Shown: positions 13,371-26,700 of the stretch, piece after piece | How the letters are laid out: every line of letters starts with the position of its first letter | Position numbering within the stretch: position 1 is the first letter of the stretch | Assembly (NCBI GenBank): GCA_036172245.1 | Contig: JAYWIR010000003.1 | Span: forward strand, 4,402,001 to 4,466,000 | DNA length: 64,000 nt | Reading direction: 5' to 3' | Origin: Raillietiella orientalis | Taxonomy: Eukaryota | Translations under genes and position numbers: made by a program | Notes under the pieces: model-generated | Database searches by the model: none | What the model saw: the letters and a program-made list of their open reading frames with translations, nothing else | Told to the model about the DNA's origin: nothing

Positions 13371-14611
13371 TCGTACCGACCCCCGAATGACGATCCCGCA
13401 GGAAGCGCCGGGAGAGCTACGGACTCTCCAAAGGCCGATGCTGGGAGGACGGGAAAAAGCTGCACCCAGTAGTGTCCATTCGCCTCCCTCGTCCATCCGG
13501 CCCGTCGTCCGCTTCAGCTGAAAGCGCGACCTGCCCGACCCCCCATGGTGCGCCGCAGCTGGCATTCCCCTTCACCCCCGTCCCCGCAGCTATCCACGGG
13601 AAGAGCAGGTGGCGGTAATCTTCCCTCCTTGTCCCCCTCACTACCCTCTCCTCTCTCCCTTTCCGCCCTCCTACTTAGCCAGAGCGCCTCGCCTCCCGGC
13701 CGTCTTTCCGGGAACCCTCGCATGTGCGGCAGGCGCTGAGGACAGGTAGCCAGCAGGGTTGCACACAGAAGTTGCCGGAACTCCTCCCCCCCCCCCCCCC
13801 ATCCACGCACCCGTGCGCTGAGAAGGAAGATTCCTCTGCCTCTTCCCGGCGAGACCAGCAGCAAACAGAAGGAGGGCCGCCTCCCTACCCACCACTGCTG
13901 CCGTCGGCTCTCTCCGTTGCTGTCGTCGTCGTCTCGTGGCGACAAGCACCGGCCGCCACTGACGCTGCCGTCCACTTTCTCCCCCTCTTGCGTCCCGGCT
14001 GCCTCCTCCAAGCGGACGACTGGAGGGAAGCAGCCACGGGCAGAGAAGACTGCCGGAGGAATTGTCGGACTCGGATGGCGTCCTCGGTGGGGGGAAAGGG
14101 AGGAGGAGGGGGAGGTGAAAAAAATAGGGAGGAGGTGAAAAAAAGGAGTAAAGACGGGGGAGGTGGTGGAAACAGGCGCGTGTGTGCCCTGCATGGGAAG
14201 GAAGACACCTGCACAGGGGAGCCCCACACGAGGGAGGGCATCGGCAGCGATGTGGGCACGAAGGTGTCCCCGCCTCCTAGGTCCTCTCCCTAATCCCCCT
14301 TCATCCAGCCAGCCCGCTCCAATCGGGAATCGAGAAGACCAGGAGGGCGCTGTGGTGCGCCCTGCTGCTGCTGCTTGCCCGAAGCTGCACTGAACCACAT
14401 GGGGACCGGAAAAATGGTCATCAAGACCACTGCCGGGACAAAAGGATCCACTCGTACCTACTACCACTAGGGAAGGATGAATCCACCCCCACACCTATGA
14501 ACAAAGGGAAGACTCCCTTCCCAAGAAAAGACAACGCGTCACAGGTCCACTCGTTCGTAGAAAATCCTTTTATAAGTGTCCTCCAAGGAGAGGTCGTCCT
14601 TTATCACAGGG

Positions 14612-14718
14612 TCACCGTAGGCTGACTAGGGCTAGGAGCGGGACGGCCATCAGGGATGAGCTGCTGGGAAGAGGGACGCCGCCGCCCTCGGACTTCTCCA
14701 GCCCCATGGCGCAAGAAC
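14612..14718 (-). CDS. Terminal coding exon 8 (SCAMGLEKSEGGGVPLPSSSSLMAVPLLALVSLR*)
   Basis: gctgcag| acceptor, phase 1, TGA at 14614-14612; GPI-signal-like end. Confidence 0.8.
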
Positions 14719-17700
14719 CTGCAGCAGCGACACACGTTGTGGTCCGGTGGGAACCAGGAAAGAGGCCGCGAAGGGGTGCTCACGAGGGGGAGGGCGGGAA
14801 AAGGGAAGGGGGGGAGTGCACCCTTACCGAAGTGGGTGACGTTCAGCATGAGCGACGAGTCGCCGTCGCAGCCACTGGCGCTGCGCATCGCCTTCAGCCC
14901 GTACTCGTCGCGGGTCAGCGTAATGCAGAACTCCTCGGCTCCCTTCCGGGCGACCAGGAACTCGGTACCTGAGGCAAGGTCGTGCCAGTGGGCCAGGCAG
15001 CGCATGCTGGGCTCATTCTCCGCCTCCTCCTCCTCCTCCTCTTCGCAGCCCCAGTGCAGGCCGGGCTGTGGGCAACCGCCTCCGGGCGCACGAGGTCCAC
15101 AGTCCACCTCCATGCGCCACCGCCCCAGCAGAGGGCACGGGCGTGGCCGAGAGTTCTCGGCTGAGGAGAAATGCGTGGCGTGCGTTAAGGCTAGGGGAGG
15201 AGGGGTGGGCGCACGCGGGGTGGGGGGGTGGGTGATAGGCGGGAGGAGGCGACCACGAGGAAGACGGCGCTTGCCGACATTCCCTCTTCCTCCTCCCCCC
15301 CCTCCCCTCCTTGACCCCATCGGCTGCCCAGCGACCTCCGAGGCACGTACCTATGAGCACCACGGTGGGCGCGTCGCGGAAGAACAGGGGGTCGCACGCC
15401 ACATCTTCACCTGGAGAGGAGCCGCCCATGCGCAGCTGCAGGACGTTCGCGTCCGCGCGCGTCACACGCAGGCACACGTAGCTGGACTTGCTGGGGGAAG
15501 AGGAGAGACGACGGGCAAGGAGGCGTGTCCCCATGGTTCCTGGATCCTGTCCCCTCCCCTCCCATCCCGCCCGCACCCTCGACCCTTTCCCTCACCAGTC
15601 CTGGATGGCGTGGGCGATGAGCTTAACGCTCCCTCCTTCCTCCTCGAGGCGGCGTGCGCAGATGAGGCGCGTGACGCCGCTGTCGTTGCGCACCTGCAGG
15701 CTGGTGTTGCGGTGGTTGAAGAGGAAGGTGCGGTTGACTGCGCCCATCTGGCGCCATCGGTGGTGCAGAGACACCCAAGGCGGAAAGTGGCATTTGTCCG
15801 CGGAGTGCCGAACTGAGCAGGGAGAAGAGACAGGAGGGCAAAGGGACGGTGGGGTGGGGCGGGGAGGGAAGAGGAACACGCATCGCATGAGACGGGAAGA
15901 GCACGCGGGTGCCAACCTACGCACTGCGCGTCAGCTTGAGCGTTCGGTCGCCCTCCGTGGCCGAAGTCAGCCCGTTGCACGTGGCGTCGCCAGACTGGGC
16001 CAGCAGGAAGTCGACGCCCGCCGAGCGGCCTTCCTCGAAGACGAAGCACCGGTAGCTGTCTTCGTCGGTGGAGTGCGGGCGGTGGCGCAGGATGCCGGCG
16101 AAGTAGCGAACCGAGAGCTCCTTCCAGGCACCCAAGCAGAGAAGCTCTTCAGCTACGGGGGAGGGAGAGGAACGGTTTGACCGGCGAGTGAGTACCGCAT
16201 GACCTGCCCGACCGACCATTCTCACCGATGCTCTCCGAGTTGGGCACGTCTGGGCACGCCTGGTAGCGCAGCAGCAGCCTGGAGTCCTCCGTGCAGGCGT
16301 CGATCGAGGACAGCGGCTTGGAGCACTCGCCCTTGCCCTTGCTGTACGTGAAGGTGAAGGGTCCGTGCAGGGGGCACCTGACGGGGGCCACGCCGCGGCG
16401 GAACAGCGAGAACAGGGGCGAGTCCACCCGGATGAGGTCACACTGGGAGTCGAAATCCTGCAGGCCCAGGCAGTAAGCTGGAGAGGGAAGCCGGGATGGA
16501 GGGGGAAGAAAACAAAAAAAGAGAGAGAGAGAGAGAGAGAAAGGCACAGAACAAAGAAGAGCGGAAGGGAGGGTGACCCGGAGAAGGAAGACGAAGCGTT
16601 GGGATGGAGCGAGGGATAGGCAGCACTCACATTCCTTGTACTGCAGGACGTTCGGGTGCTTCTGGATGAGCAGAATGCAGCGGTAGCAACGGTCGCGGCT
16701 GTCTTCGACGAGCAGGCTGTCGCGCCTCTTCTCAAAGCACCTCCCTTTGTTGCTCATGGTGGTGGCGTTGATGATCACCGGCTCGGACACCCCGGACTGG
16801 AACCATTCCCCGTGCCAGGACGTCGGAAAGCTGCACTTCCCTGGAAGACGATTCTGAATGCAGCGACGGAGAAGCGAAAATCGGCGCGAGGACGCGCGCC
16901 GCATGGGGTGTAGGGAAGCGTGGGGGGCTGGGAACGGAAGGGAGAACTGGGATCGGAGGAGAGGGCGGGCACGGAAACTCTGCTCGTCCTCCTCCTCTTC
17001 CTCCTTTCTCGGAAGCCTCCCGGATTCTTTGTCCGTTTCCCGGGATACCAGAGAGCACCGCTGGTGCCGTCCCTTCGCGCCACAAACACCGGAGAGAAGC
17101 TGCGAGCGAGCGGGCAAGAAACATCTTTCCGGTTAAGGCAGCAGCAGCAGCAGCTGGGTCCGTCCCCGTGGCCCTCGGGCACGGCGTTTCCCAACGTTCC
17201 GCGCGGCGGAAGATTGAGGGGAATAAACGACAGGAGGGGAAGGAAGGAGCAGGGATCCTTCCGGTCACCGCCGGAGGCGGATCGCTTCCGGTTCAGGTGC
17301 ACCTCGGAGCGAATAAGCGAGACTGCCATCTCCCCTTGAGGTCTCTCCTCGACGCCCGCCCATCTCGGGGAAAAAAATCTCTGCCGGCGAAGGACAAGCG
17401 GTGGCAGAAGCCAAAGAGCAACTGCCCCGTCTTTCCTCTCACCCAGGAAACCGCTGGCTCCCTTGGAAAAAGCGCGACCCCCTCGTTCTCCCCACCCACG
17501 CAGTCGCGCTACCCTCCGGTAAGTTGTGCTGCAGTCGCGTCGCCATCGACTGGTCACCACCGTCAGTTTGGGTCCCTTCGTTAGGGACGTCCCTATCCGC
17601 CCACGCGAATCTGCCGCCTTGGCCGCAGAGATGCGCGCAAGCGCGCGGAAGTTGGGACGTGGGAAATGAAGAGGAAATCAGAGCAAACAAGCGAGGGGGG

Positions 17701-20700
17701 GAGGAAGGAACGTTGCCAAGGAGACGCGGGGAAATCCCGGCGATGGTTCGAAGGAAATTCCAACGAAGGGGAAACAGGGAACAGATCCCCGGAGCAAGAT
17801 GAGCGCGGACCCCTCGCAACGGGGTCCCGCGTAAGGATGAAGCAGGCCAAGCACGGCGATGCGCGAGTCTCACGCGCGCTCGCGCCGTAGGGTGGCTGGT
17901 GGCCACATTACCCTCAGCTCGTCGAAGCGCTGGGTGAGAGGGGGGTGAGGGCGAGAAAGGTGGCAAGACTCCGCGGTCCACCAAAGAGCAGACCCAGTCC
18001 CGGAGAAGCTGCAGCGCCGTAAAACGGCTGCGGAGGGAGAACAGACTTGGGGTTCGCGGGAGAAGTCGGCCAGGACGAACTGGAGCAGCGGTCAGTAGAG
18101 GAGCCGAAGCTGGCGAACACCCGCGCCGTCACGAAGCAGGGTTCAAGGAACCCTTCCCCTTTTTCGAGCGCGCGCGCCAGCTCTCGGGTCGTGCGGGTGG
18201 CCCGACGCCCCATCCTTCACAGCCTGGTGGCTCGGCGGCGGGCGGACGCACCAGGTCCCCAGCTCCGGAGGGATGCAGGAGTCCTGTCTCCTTCCCCAAG
18301 GAGACAGAATGCCGAAGCTCAAACCCTTCACGTTTATGGCCGTTCAGACATCTTTAGAGGCAGCTCTGATGCCCTCATCATCCCTTCGGAACCTCGGGAA
18401 GGCCGTCCGGGGGCAGGAGCGTATGCGGCTCGAAGATTTATGACCATCCGCGAGACATCCCTCCGAATGAGCACCGCTGGGGCGGCGGCGCTCCCGCTAC
18501 AGACGGCAGCCAGCCGCCTCCCGGGTGCCGAGCCTCCGAAGGATTGTGGCTTCACAGCTCTTCCGCATTTCGGCAGCTTCCGACTCGAGTGCGTCGGGCT
18601 CGCTCCCGCGAAGATCGACGCGGTCCCCGCGGGCATGCCGGAGCAGATTCGGCACAGAAGCATCCCTGAGAGGCGGCCGGCGGAAAGCGCCGAGCACGCT
18701 TAGCCCCCCTCGCTCCCAGGAGCGGTTTCGATCCCGTGCAAAACGAGAGGTCCCGACGAGATGTCCAAAGACCCCAGTCACAAGGAACACGGGGCCTCTA
18801 AGAAGGTGCTACGTCCGTAGCCGCTAGCAACAGTGGTGGCGGGGCACGGCAACGAAGGGCGTGCGTCGGCGGGGCGAAACAACGCCTCTGTGTGGATCGC
18901 CCGCCGAGCTCTTCGCAGGAGGCACTGCCCCACTGGTAGGGCTTGCGTCCAAACAAAAAAAAGGGAAAAGCTGGGGGGGGGGGGGGGGGGCTCCAGCCAC
19001 AGCAGCAGCAGGTGAGCCGCCTTCCCGTTCGCACCCCCATCCGCGGGGGATCTGCAGATCGCAAGGGGCACGAAATTTTCCCAAAGTTCCCATCGTCCTC
19101 CCCATCTTCCTTCTCCTTACGCCCTCCGAGCCGCTACCGATGCCGCCCGGAGGACACGCAAAGAGGGCGCCCTGCCGCCGCTACCTTCGTGCTCCGCCGA
19201 CCTCCCGAGGTTGGTGTGCGAGCCCCGGCTCCATAATTTTTCCCGTTATTAGACCTCGTTGCTTCCCGATCAGGAATGCAAAACCTGGATCAAATATTAA
19301 AGACGCATTAACTTCTTCCAGTGGGCGCCGTCAAACGCGCTTCCCCTCGGAGCGCCGGGATGGACGGGCGCCGCACGTGGGGGCATTCCGCATTCCGGGA
19401 GATCGATTCGCCCTGGTCGCGAACGCGAGGGAGTCCCCGGGAAGCCGCCTGGAAGGAAGGGGAGAGGATCCTCCTTCCTCGTCCCTCCACGGACGCAACA
19501 CGCACGCTCGGGAGGGAGGGGGGAAGCGGTGTGCACGTCACGCTGGGGAGTACGATGGGCCACCGTCCTGGTGATCCGGGAGAGAGGGAACGACGGGGCG
19601 GGAAGGCGGGGGAGAGCGGGCGCCGATCGATCCCTCTCGGGCTGGAAGAAACCAGCAGCGCTAGGGCGGGCCTTCCCCGCATGCGACCGACGGCACCCGG
19701 GGAAGCTTGCAGCGCATGAGCTGCGCCCTTGGGATTCTGCGACATCCCGTTTGAGCAGCCGCCGGGAAAACAACCAGCCGCAGGATCTCCCACAGGGACA
19801 GGGGGGAAAAGCGCAGGAGACGGGGTCGTCGGGGATCAGTTCCAACGAAGCGGAAGCGAATCCCCGCGAAGAGCTGCGAGACTTCCCGAAAAATCCAGAC
19901 CGCAATTTTTTTTTTTTTTTTTTTTTTATTCCGGGGGGGGGGGGAGGAGAAGACGGCACACACGATCACCGCAGAGGGGCGCTGCTACTGCTGTGTGCGC
20001 ACTCCTCCGGGGGGGGGGGGGAAACGGGAGAAGGAGAGGAGGAATGGCCGCCGCTGGTCGGGGGGAGGAGCACGGCAGGACGGACCGGGGGGGGAAACTC
20101 CCCGAATCCTCCGGCACATCCAATTACGCTTAAAAGCAAGGGAAGCCATCGACACGGGAATATGTAAATACATCTGTTTCCGGAGATGCCGATGCAATCG
20201 TTCGTCATCCGATCCCGAGGCGTCCGGGGCCGCCGTCGCTACGCGCTCTGCCTCCTCCGCGGAGGAGCGTGCGAGCGCCTCGTCTCCGGAATGGAGCGAA
20301 ATTAAAAATCAATTGTCACGCTGCGTGCTTCCGCGAGAATCGGGGTGTTGCTGGGTGTGCGCCCGGGATCGGAATGAAAACATCACGACGTGATGAATAG
20401 CACCTGCTGCCTTTTTTTTTTTTCTTCTTTTTCCTTTTATCTCTCTCTCTCTCTCTCTCTCTTTTTTTTCTCCCCCCCACCCTCGCTTCGCTACCAAGGA
20501 AAAAAAAGAGCGGCAAAGGTGCGCCGCTCCGATAAGACACGGAGAAGCAGCCGGCGCGAGTCCGCTGCGCCCCCCTTCCTCCCCCCAACTCTGGTCCCCA
20601 TTCGAATACATACCCACCCACCCCCACGCGCCAGCGGCAGGATGCGACCCGCCATCCGAAGCTCCACCACCCCTCTCCTCTTCCTCCTCCTCCCTGTCCC

Positions 20701-23700
20701 CAGCAGGTCGACCGGGCCTGCCAGCTTCCGGCGAGGCGGGTTCACGTGCAGGGAGAGGGCGAGGCGACGAGAGGCAGGGGCGGCTGGATGGAAGGAACCA
20801 CCTGGGGGGCTGTGGCCGGGGGAGAATTTCCGCCCGGGAAAACTCGCAGTCCTCGCAGGTCGCTTTTCTCCCCCCTTTTCTGTTCGCCCCCGCCCGTCGC
20901 CGTGGCGATGGGAGGGGAAGGGAGGGAAGCCTCCCAACTTCTGCCGTCTTTCCTCCGCCCGCTCGAGAGTCGCCTTCCAGGTAGCGCGGTTACCGGGGCA
21001 ACCGCCGGCCGCGGGAGCGCGGGAAGGGGAGCGAAACGACGAAGCGGCGCGCGGGTGCACGTACAGGGAGGGGGGAAGCCGGGAGAGATTTGGGTCTCGG
21101 CGGCGCTTCCAGGCTGCCGTGTTGACACGCGGGGAGAGAGCGTTATTGCCCTTCTCTCCCGGACGAGCAAGCCAGGCAGGCAGGAAGGCGGCCGGGGCCC
21201 GGAAGGGCGCGCGCACTTCAGCGGAGTCAAGCCGATCGCGGCAAAAGTTTCGAGTTGCGCCGGGGCGGCCGTCCGGTTGCTGGGGAAACCGGAGCGAGTG
21301 GCCACGAGCGCGAGGAGAAAAGACTTTTAAATCAAATTTCGAGCTCAGGGAGTGGCGACGGGGGACGCGGAGGATCCGAAATGCAAATGGAAGGGAGGGA
21401 GGGAGCGCGCACCCCTCGTAACTCGATATGCACGTCGAGGACGGGCGAGCGACGTTCGCATGAGCAAACCCAGAACTCCCTCCTCCTCCTCCTCCTCCTC
21501 CTTCGAATTCCAATAAGCACACAAACGGGGAATTCGAAGGACGCTTGCACTGGCGTCGCGTCTGCAAAACGGGGAGGGAGGGGAGGGGAAGGGGCAAGAA
21601 CTGAGGGAACCCTCGCAGAGACGCTGCGGGAAGCAAGCCGACAGTCTCTTGGACCACCGTTCCCGGAGCAACCACGAAGGTTGCTCCCACGGGCCCTTCC
21701 GCGCCTGATGACGACAGCACGCGCGAAAAAGCGGCGCTCGGACCACTTCCCCCCCCCCCCCCCCCGCGAACGGGAGGCGAAGCGGTGGACGAAGTTTGGA
21801 CATCGAGGAGGATGACGGCTCTCCACCTCGCACCGCGCACCACCGGAGGAAGGCAACGTGCACCTTCCTGCGGTGGAGCAGAGTTCGGCGGCAGGACGAC
21901 CTGAGAAGGCAATGGCGGTCGGGCGGCGAAGTCAACGAGCGTCCTGTCCGAGGTGACGAAATTAACGAGCTGCGCCGCTTTTACGGAACGAGGAGCCAGA
22001 AACCGATGCCGCCGAGTGGAGAGCGTGGATCCCTTCAGAATTACCATAATGGGGCACAAAGTCGCAGTCCATCCATCATGGTAATGCTGTCAAGACCTAA
22101 TCAAGGAGTCGCAAAGAGCAACAGCATCTGAAATGCGGCAGCAGCTGCGACCCCGAGAAAGACCCCCGAGCGATGGCGCGTCCGTCGCGTGAGCAGGGTG
22201 CCGCAGCGGGGGAAGGAACGGAAACGTGGGGGGGGGGGAGGGGGGAACCCCAAGCCGGGATTCCTCCCCCCGTCGCCTTCCTGCGAAAGCGACGCAGCGA
22301 ACAGAAGGCGGTGCTCGCGCGCTCCAGGAGCTGTTCTCCTCCCGGGACGTCGCGTGGCCGCCGGGTTCGTCCAGCCCTTCTTCCTCCCCTCCCTGGCGAG
22401 GACCTCGGCTGGCTCGGGCCGTCCAGCCGCTCCGCCCGCGAAGAGGCTGCGCCTCCGAGGTAGGGATGCGGATGGATCCCTCGGATGCGCCCGCCGAGCT
22501 CGCGACGAGAGCCCGCAGCCCCCGCGCTCGACGCATGGACAACAGGCATGATGATTTGTAGCTCAGCATCTCCCGGATAAATTGCCGGGCTTCCGCGTGC
22601 GACGTGCACCCAGACACCTGTGGAGCGACGACGACGACACGCATAGCGGCGTCTTGGCGCGGTCGATCCGGAGCACAGGCCTCCTCCTGCCTCCCTCCCT
22701 CCCCAGAGAAGCGAGAGCCGAGGGGATCGGACCGGCCACCGTCCGCACTTCCCCGCTGAATCCCTTCTCCCTGCCTCCCCCCCCCCCCCCTTTTCCCGAG
22801 TCGACGCGCGGGGAAGCGGCCCGGAACGCAAATCACACACATCTTTCAGCGGGGGAAGCGCCGGGCGCGACGGGAAAAAAGTGTCCGCGGTGCCTTCCGT
22901 ACCAAAAGACAAAAACGGAAAAGCCCTTCTTATCTCAGGATAAACGCATCCAATGCATAGATAATGGGGAGTCGGCTTCCAGAAGCTCACTGCTCCTAAA
23001 TAATGGAACGCACGACATCGTGCCAAAATATCCCCCTTCCTCCGAGTTCGCTGGGAACGGGGGGGAGCCGATGATTTGGCCGGGCCGAAGACTTGGCGGC
23101 AAAACACGGCCCGGGAGAGACCCTCGTGCCTTCGACTCTTCTCGCGCTTTTGTGTCTGCGTCACCGGGAGTTTCCGACGTCGGCGGCGCGAGAGTTCCTC
23201 GACACGCGCTCAACAGGTCCTCCTTATCTGGAAGTGCGAGAGCTCTTCGATTCCGCTGAACGCCTCCCTCAGGAAGTTCGCCTTCGTGCGGGGTGGGCGG
23301 GTGGGGGAGGGGGGAAGGAAAAAAGAAAACGCCTACGAATCTTCCAGGAGGCAGGATGAGCAGCATACCTGCCTGGACGCACACGCGCGGCTCTGGATCC
23401 CGCGAAATCCCGGAAAGGGGAGGGGGGGGGGGAGGAAACAACTTGGGACGGAAGAGGATGCGCGCTGCGGGCAAAATCGACCCACCCGTCTGCCCGGAGA
23501 ACGCGCCAACGAAAAGGTCACCGAATGGGGAAACGGGGCGCCCCGCCTGCACGGGACGAGTGGTCACGAAACCCGCGGCTTGGCGCCCCCCGGTTCGAGA
23601 AAGCTAAGCGCGCAGCGCGGCGGATGAGAGAAGATCTGGTGCGTGATAGCTGAGTAATGCGATACGGCGCCATCATGGCGGCACACCGCGTTCCACAGGA

Positions 23701-26700
23701 ATCCTTTGACCGAGACCAATGGTTCACGAGATAACTCGGGAGGAGCGCCGATAACGCGACATGGTAGCAAAGGTCACTTACTCGGAGACGCAAAGGTCCC
23801 CCCCCCCCCTCCCCGCTTTGCGGCGGAACGCGGCACAGACCAACCTGCTCACCGGTGCGGTGGGGAATTTTCCCGAAGCACGTGACCCGCGAGGGTCCGT
23901 CCGCAGTTAAAGGGGGAGCACCGACAGGCCTCCCGTGCCTCCCACGTGCGCGCACACATGGATGCGTCCGCGCGCGCGTGCATGCGTGTGTTTTCCATCC
24001 GGGGGTCACCGATGCCTCCTGATGTAGGCGCCCTCGGCTTTCACTGCTGCTGCGGCGGCACCCAGCGGTTGCCAGGCGGCGGAATCCGAAAGAACTCCTT
24101 CCGATTCCCCCCCCCCCCCCCACACACACACACACCGGGAAACGGACTTTCCTTCCAGCTGTCTGCCCCGAGTCCTCCGACTCTGCTCAGTTTCTTCCGT
24201 TTACGACTCGAGCAGCGCCCTGGATCGTTTCTCCTTTCGCCCAGGACGACGATGATGTATACAAACCATGAAGTCAAAACAAACGTAGACGGATGGATCT
24301 TCCTGCCGCTAAGTGCGCACACGTGTACATAAGATGCAAACGACGTGTACAGGCCCGTTCACGACGGCACGGGAAAATCGCTTGAGGATCGATACCGGCA
24401 AAAACGCTGTGAAAACACAACGTCAAGAAGGATGATCAGTGAACGCTCCGGGGTCGGGATCCAAAGAAGGCGTTGGGGCTCCACGCAACGGCGGAGCGGC
24501 ACCCGTGGAGACGGAAGGGGCCTCCGCGTCCACGAAGTTCTTCTTCACGTTGCTGGCGAATGTGATTCCTGGCGGAAGAGAACCGCTCCGAAGTTCCCGA
24601 AATTGGGCGTGCGCGGACGGCCTCGCACGGCGAACCTCCCGTCGAAAGCAACTTTCCTCCGTGAGTGCGCTCGAACGAAAGCTTCTTCAGCGGCACCGCG
24701 AGGCTCGAGTTGCTGCAGCAGGGAAGCTGTTGCGAGGCAAAAAAAAAAAAAAAGGAAAGAAAGAAGACTGGCAAAATGGCGCGCGACCGGGGGCGCGCGC
24801 CATTTTGAATTCGGTAATCGGAAACGACGCGCACCACGAGCGACCGAAAATCGATCCTCCTCTCCAGGCGAAAAGCACGCCGGAAGAGCAAAGTGGGAAA
24901 AACAAGACTCGCCAACAGAGCTTCCTCCAGCATCCGCCATCATCCCTGCCGACGTGACCGGTTCGACGCAATCTTGATGCTCCTCTCTCTCTCTCTTCAT
25001 TTCCGAGTGTACACCGGAACAGACCTCGTACGCGGGCCCATCCGCTCATTTCGCGCTCCATCCCAGCTCCTTCGGATGGAGGGCAACGCAGCACTCGCTC
25101 TTCAGCAAACCTATGGGTTTCGTTTCCGGTCTCGGAGGAACCCCGAGCGAGACGGACCGCGGCTGCATCTCCCCCACCCCACCCACAGCATTCGCGATTG
25201 AAGCCGAAACATCCCGAAAAGCCAACACCACCACCACCACCCACCGTCGTTCGTGGCGCGCCACACAGCCACGAAGAGTTCGCTGAAGTCGCCGCACATC
25301 ACCGGATGACGTTACGGACGCGAGCGCCACTTCTGCACTTCGCGCACGCACACGGCGCGACACGAGCCAAGGAAGAAGCGCCAACAAAAAGCAGCAACCG
25401 AAGGTTGGCTAAGAAAGAGATGGGGAACTTGCAGGAAAAGAAAAAAGGGAAGAAAATTCGCGCTGTTAACTTTCTTGCGCGAGGTTGAACGCAGCAGCAG
25501 TGCTCCAAAAAAAAAAAAAGAAAGACCCTCCCCCTCGATGGTATGCGTGGATCGATGAAGAACGAATGCGGAGATCGCCAATTATCGCGTGAAGTTGTTG
25601 AAGAAATGCTTCTGGCCGTAACGCGGGGGATGCATCATAAGAGCGCGTGGAATGACCAAAAGGCCATTTGAACGGCGAGTCGTCGACGGAAGGCGGTGCT
25701 TGAGGTTCCGTCGAAGATGAGCCAGAGGGGGGGGGCACCCCATGCCGCTAAGCCCAACGGAGGGAAGGCCCGGACGCTGTGGCCCGTACCTTCGTTCGCT
25801 GATGGGCCGCACGGAAGCTCGAGAAGCCTTCGGCCAAGAAGCACACGCACAGCAAACAGGGAGGGATGCCCTCGAGGCAATCCGAAACGCATTTTTCCTG
25901 GACCCCGAATCGCACACGGAGGCGGCTGAAGAACGAACCCGGAGCCATCGGAAAGAGGAAACCACCGCTGCAAGAAGGCTGTTTCCAAGGAACCGGAAGC
26001 CGTCGACCGAATCAAGGGCTGCTTCGGGTGCGCCCGGGATCCGTCCCCTCGCCCGGTGGCCAGCTGGCGGAGATGAAGACCGGACCGAGGACACACGGGT
26101 TGCGAGAGCGCTCGAGTCGGTGCCGTCCACTCTCTCGACCTTCCAGCCCGCCGACGGCAGGGCGGGCAAACACCTCGTCGGGGTCCTTCGCCGGGTTTGC
26201 CCGGACTCGACCTTCCACACGCTCGAATCCACGTTTCCAGCCACCCGCCGCAGGCATCGTCATGCGCTGACGCTGCGCCTCATCCGGAGCTGCGCGTTAG
26301 GCGCTCCACCGCCAGGAAAGCAAAACCGGGGAGGGGAAGGGGGGAACACAAACGGGGAAACCGGACTGGAAAAGGGGCGCCCCATCTGCGCCCAGGAAAA
26401 ATTCCTTTCGCAAACAGAATTGGGAACAACAAAGAAGCAGCGCGGTGATCATAGGAGAGTGAGAAGCAAACGAAACTCCTCGGAGACTCTGCAGCAACCA
26501 TTAATTTACCAAGTCGTACGTTCCTTTCGAAGATGACTGTAATCAAGTTATGCTATTCGGCATCGTTTTCGGCTGGCTGTTCATCTCCGATTTCCGGTTA
26601 TCTTCCCGTGACCCTAATAATTACCCGCCGAAATTTCCAAGACTCCGCGGCAATTTCGCCGCGTGCGACGCTTTCCTTAAGGATGGTCGGTCCACCGGAA

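Noticed and set aside
14656..15816. 386-aa plus-strand ORF
   Set aside because: Antisense shadow of the GC-rich exons of the minus-strand gene.
20390..22059. 343-aa and 522-aa ORFs in intron 1
   Set aside because: They run through microsatellites and poly-C/G tracts, with no recognisable domain.
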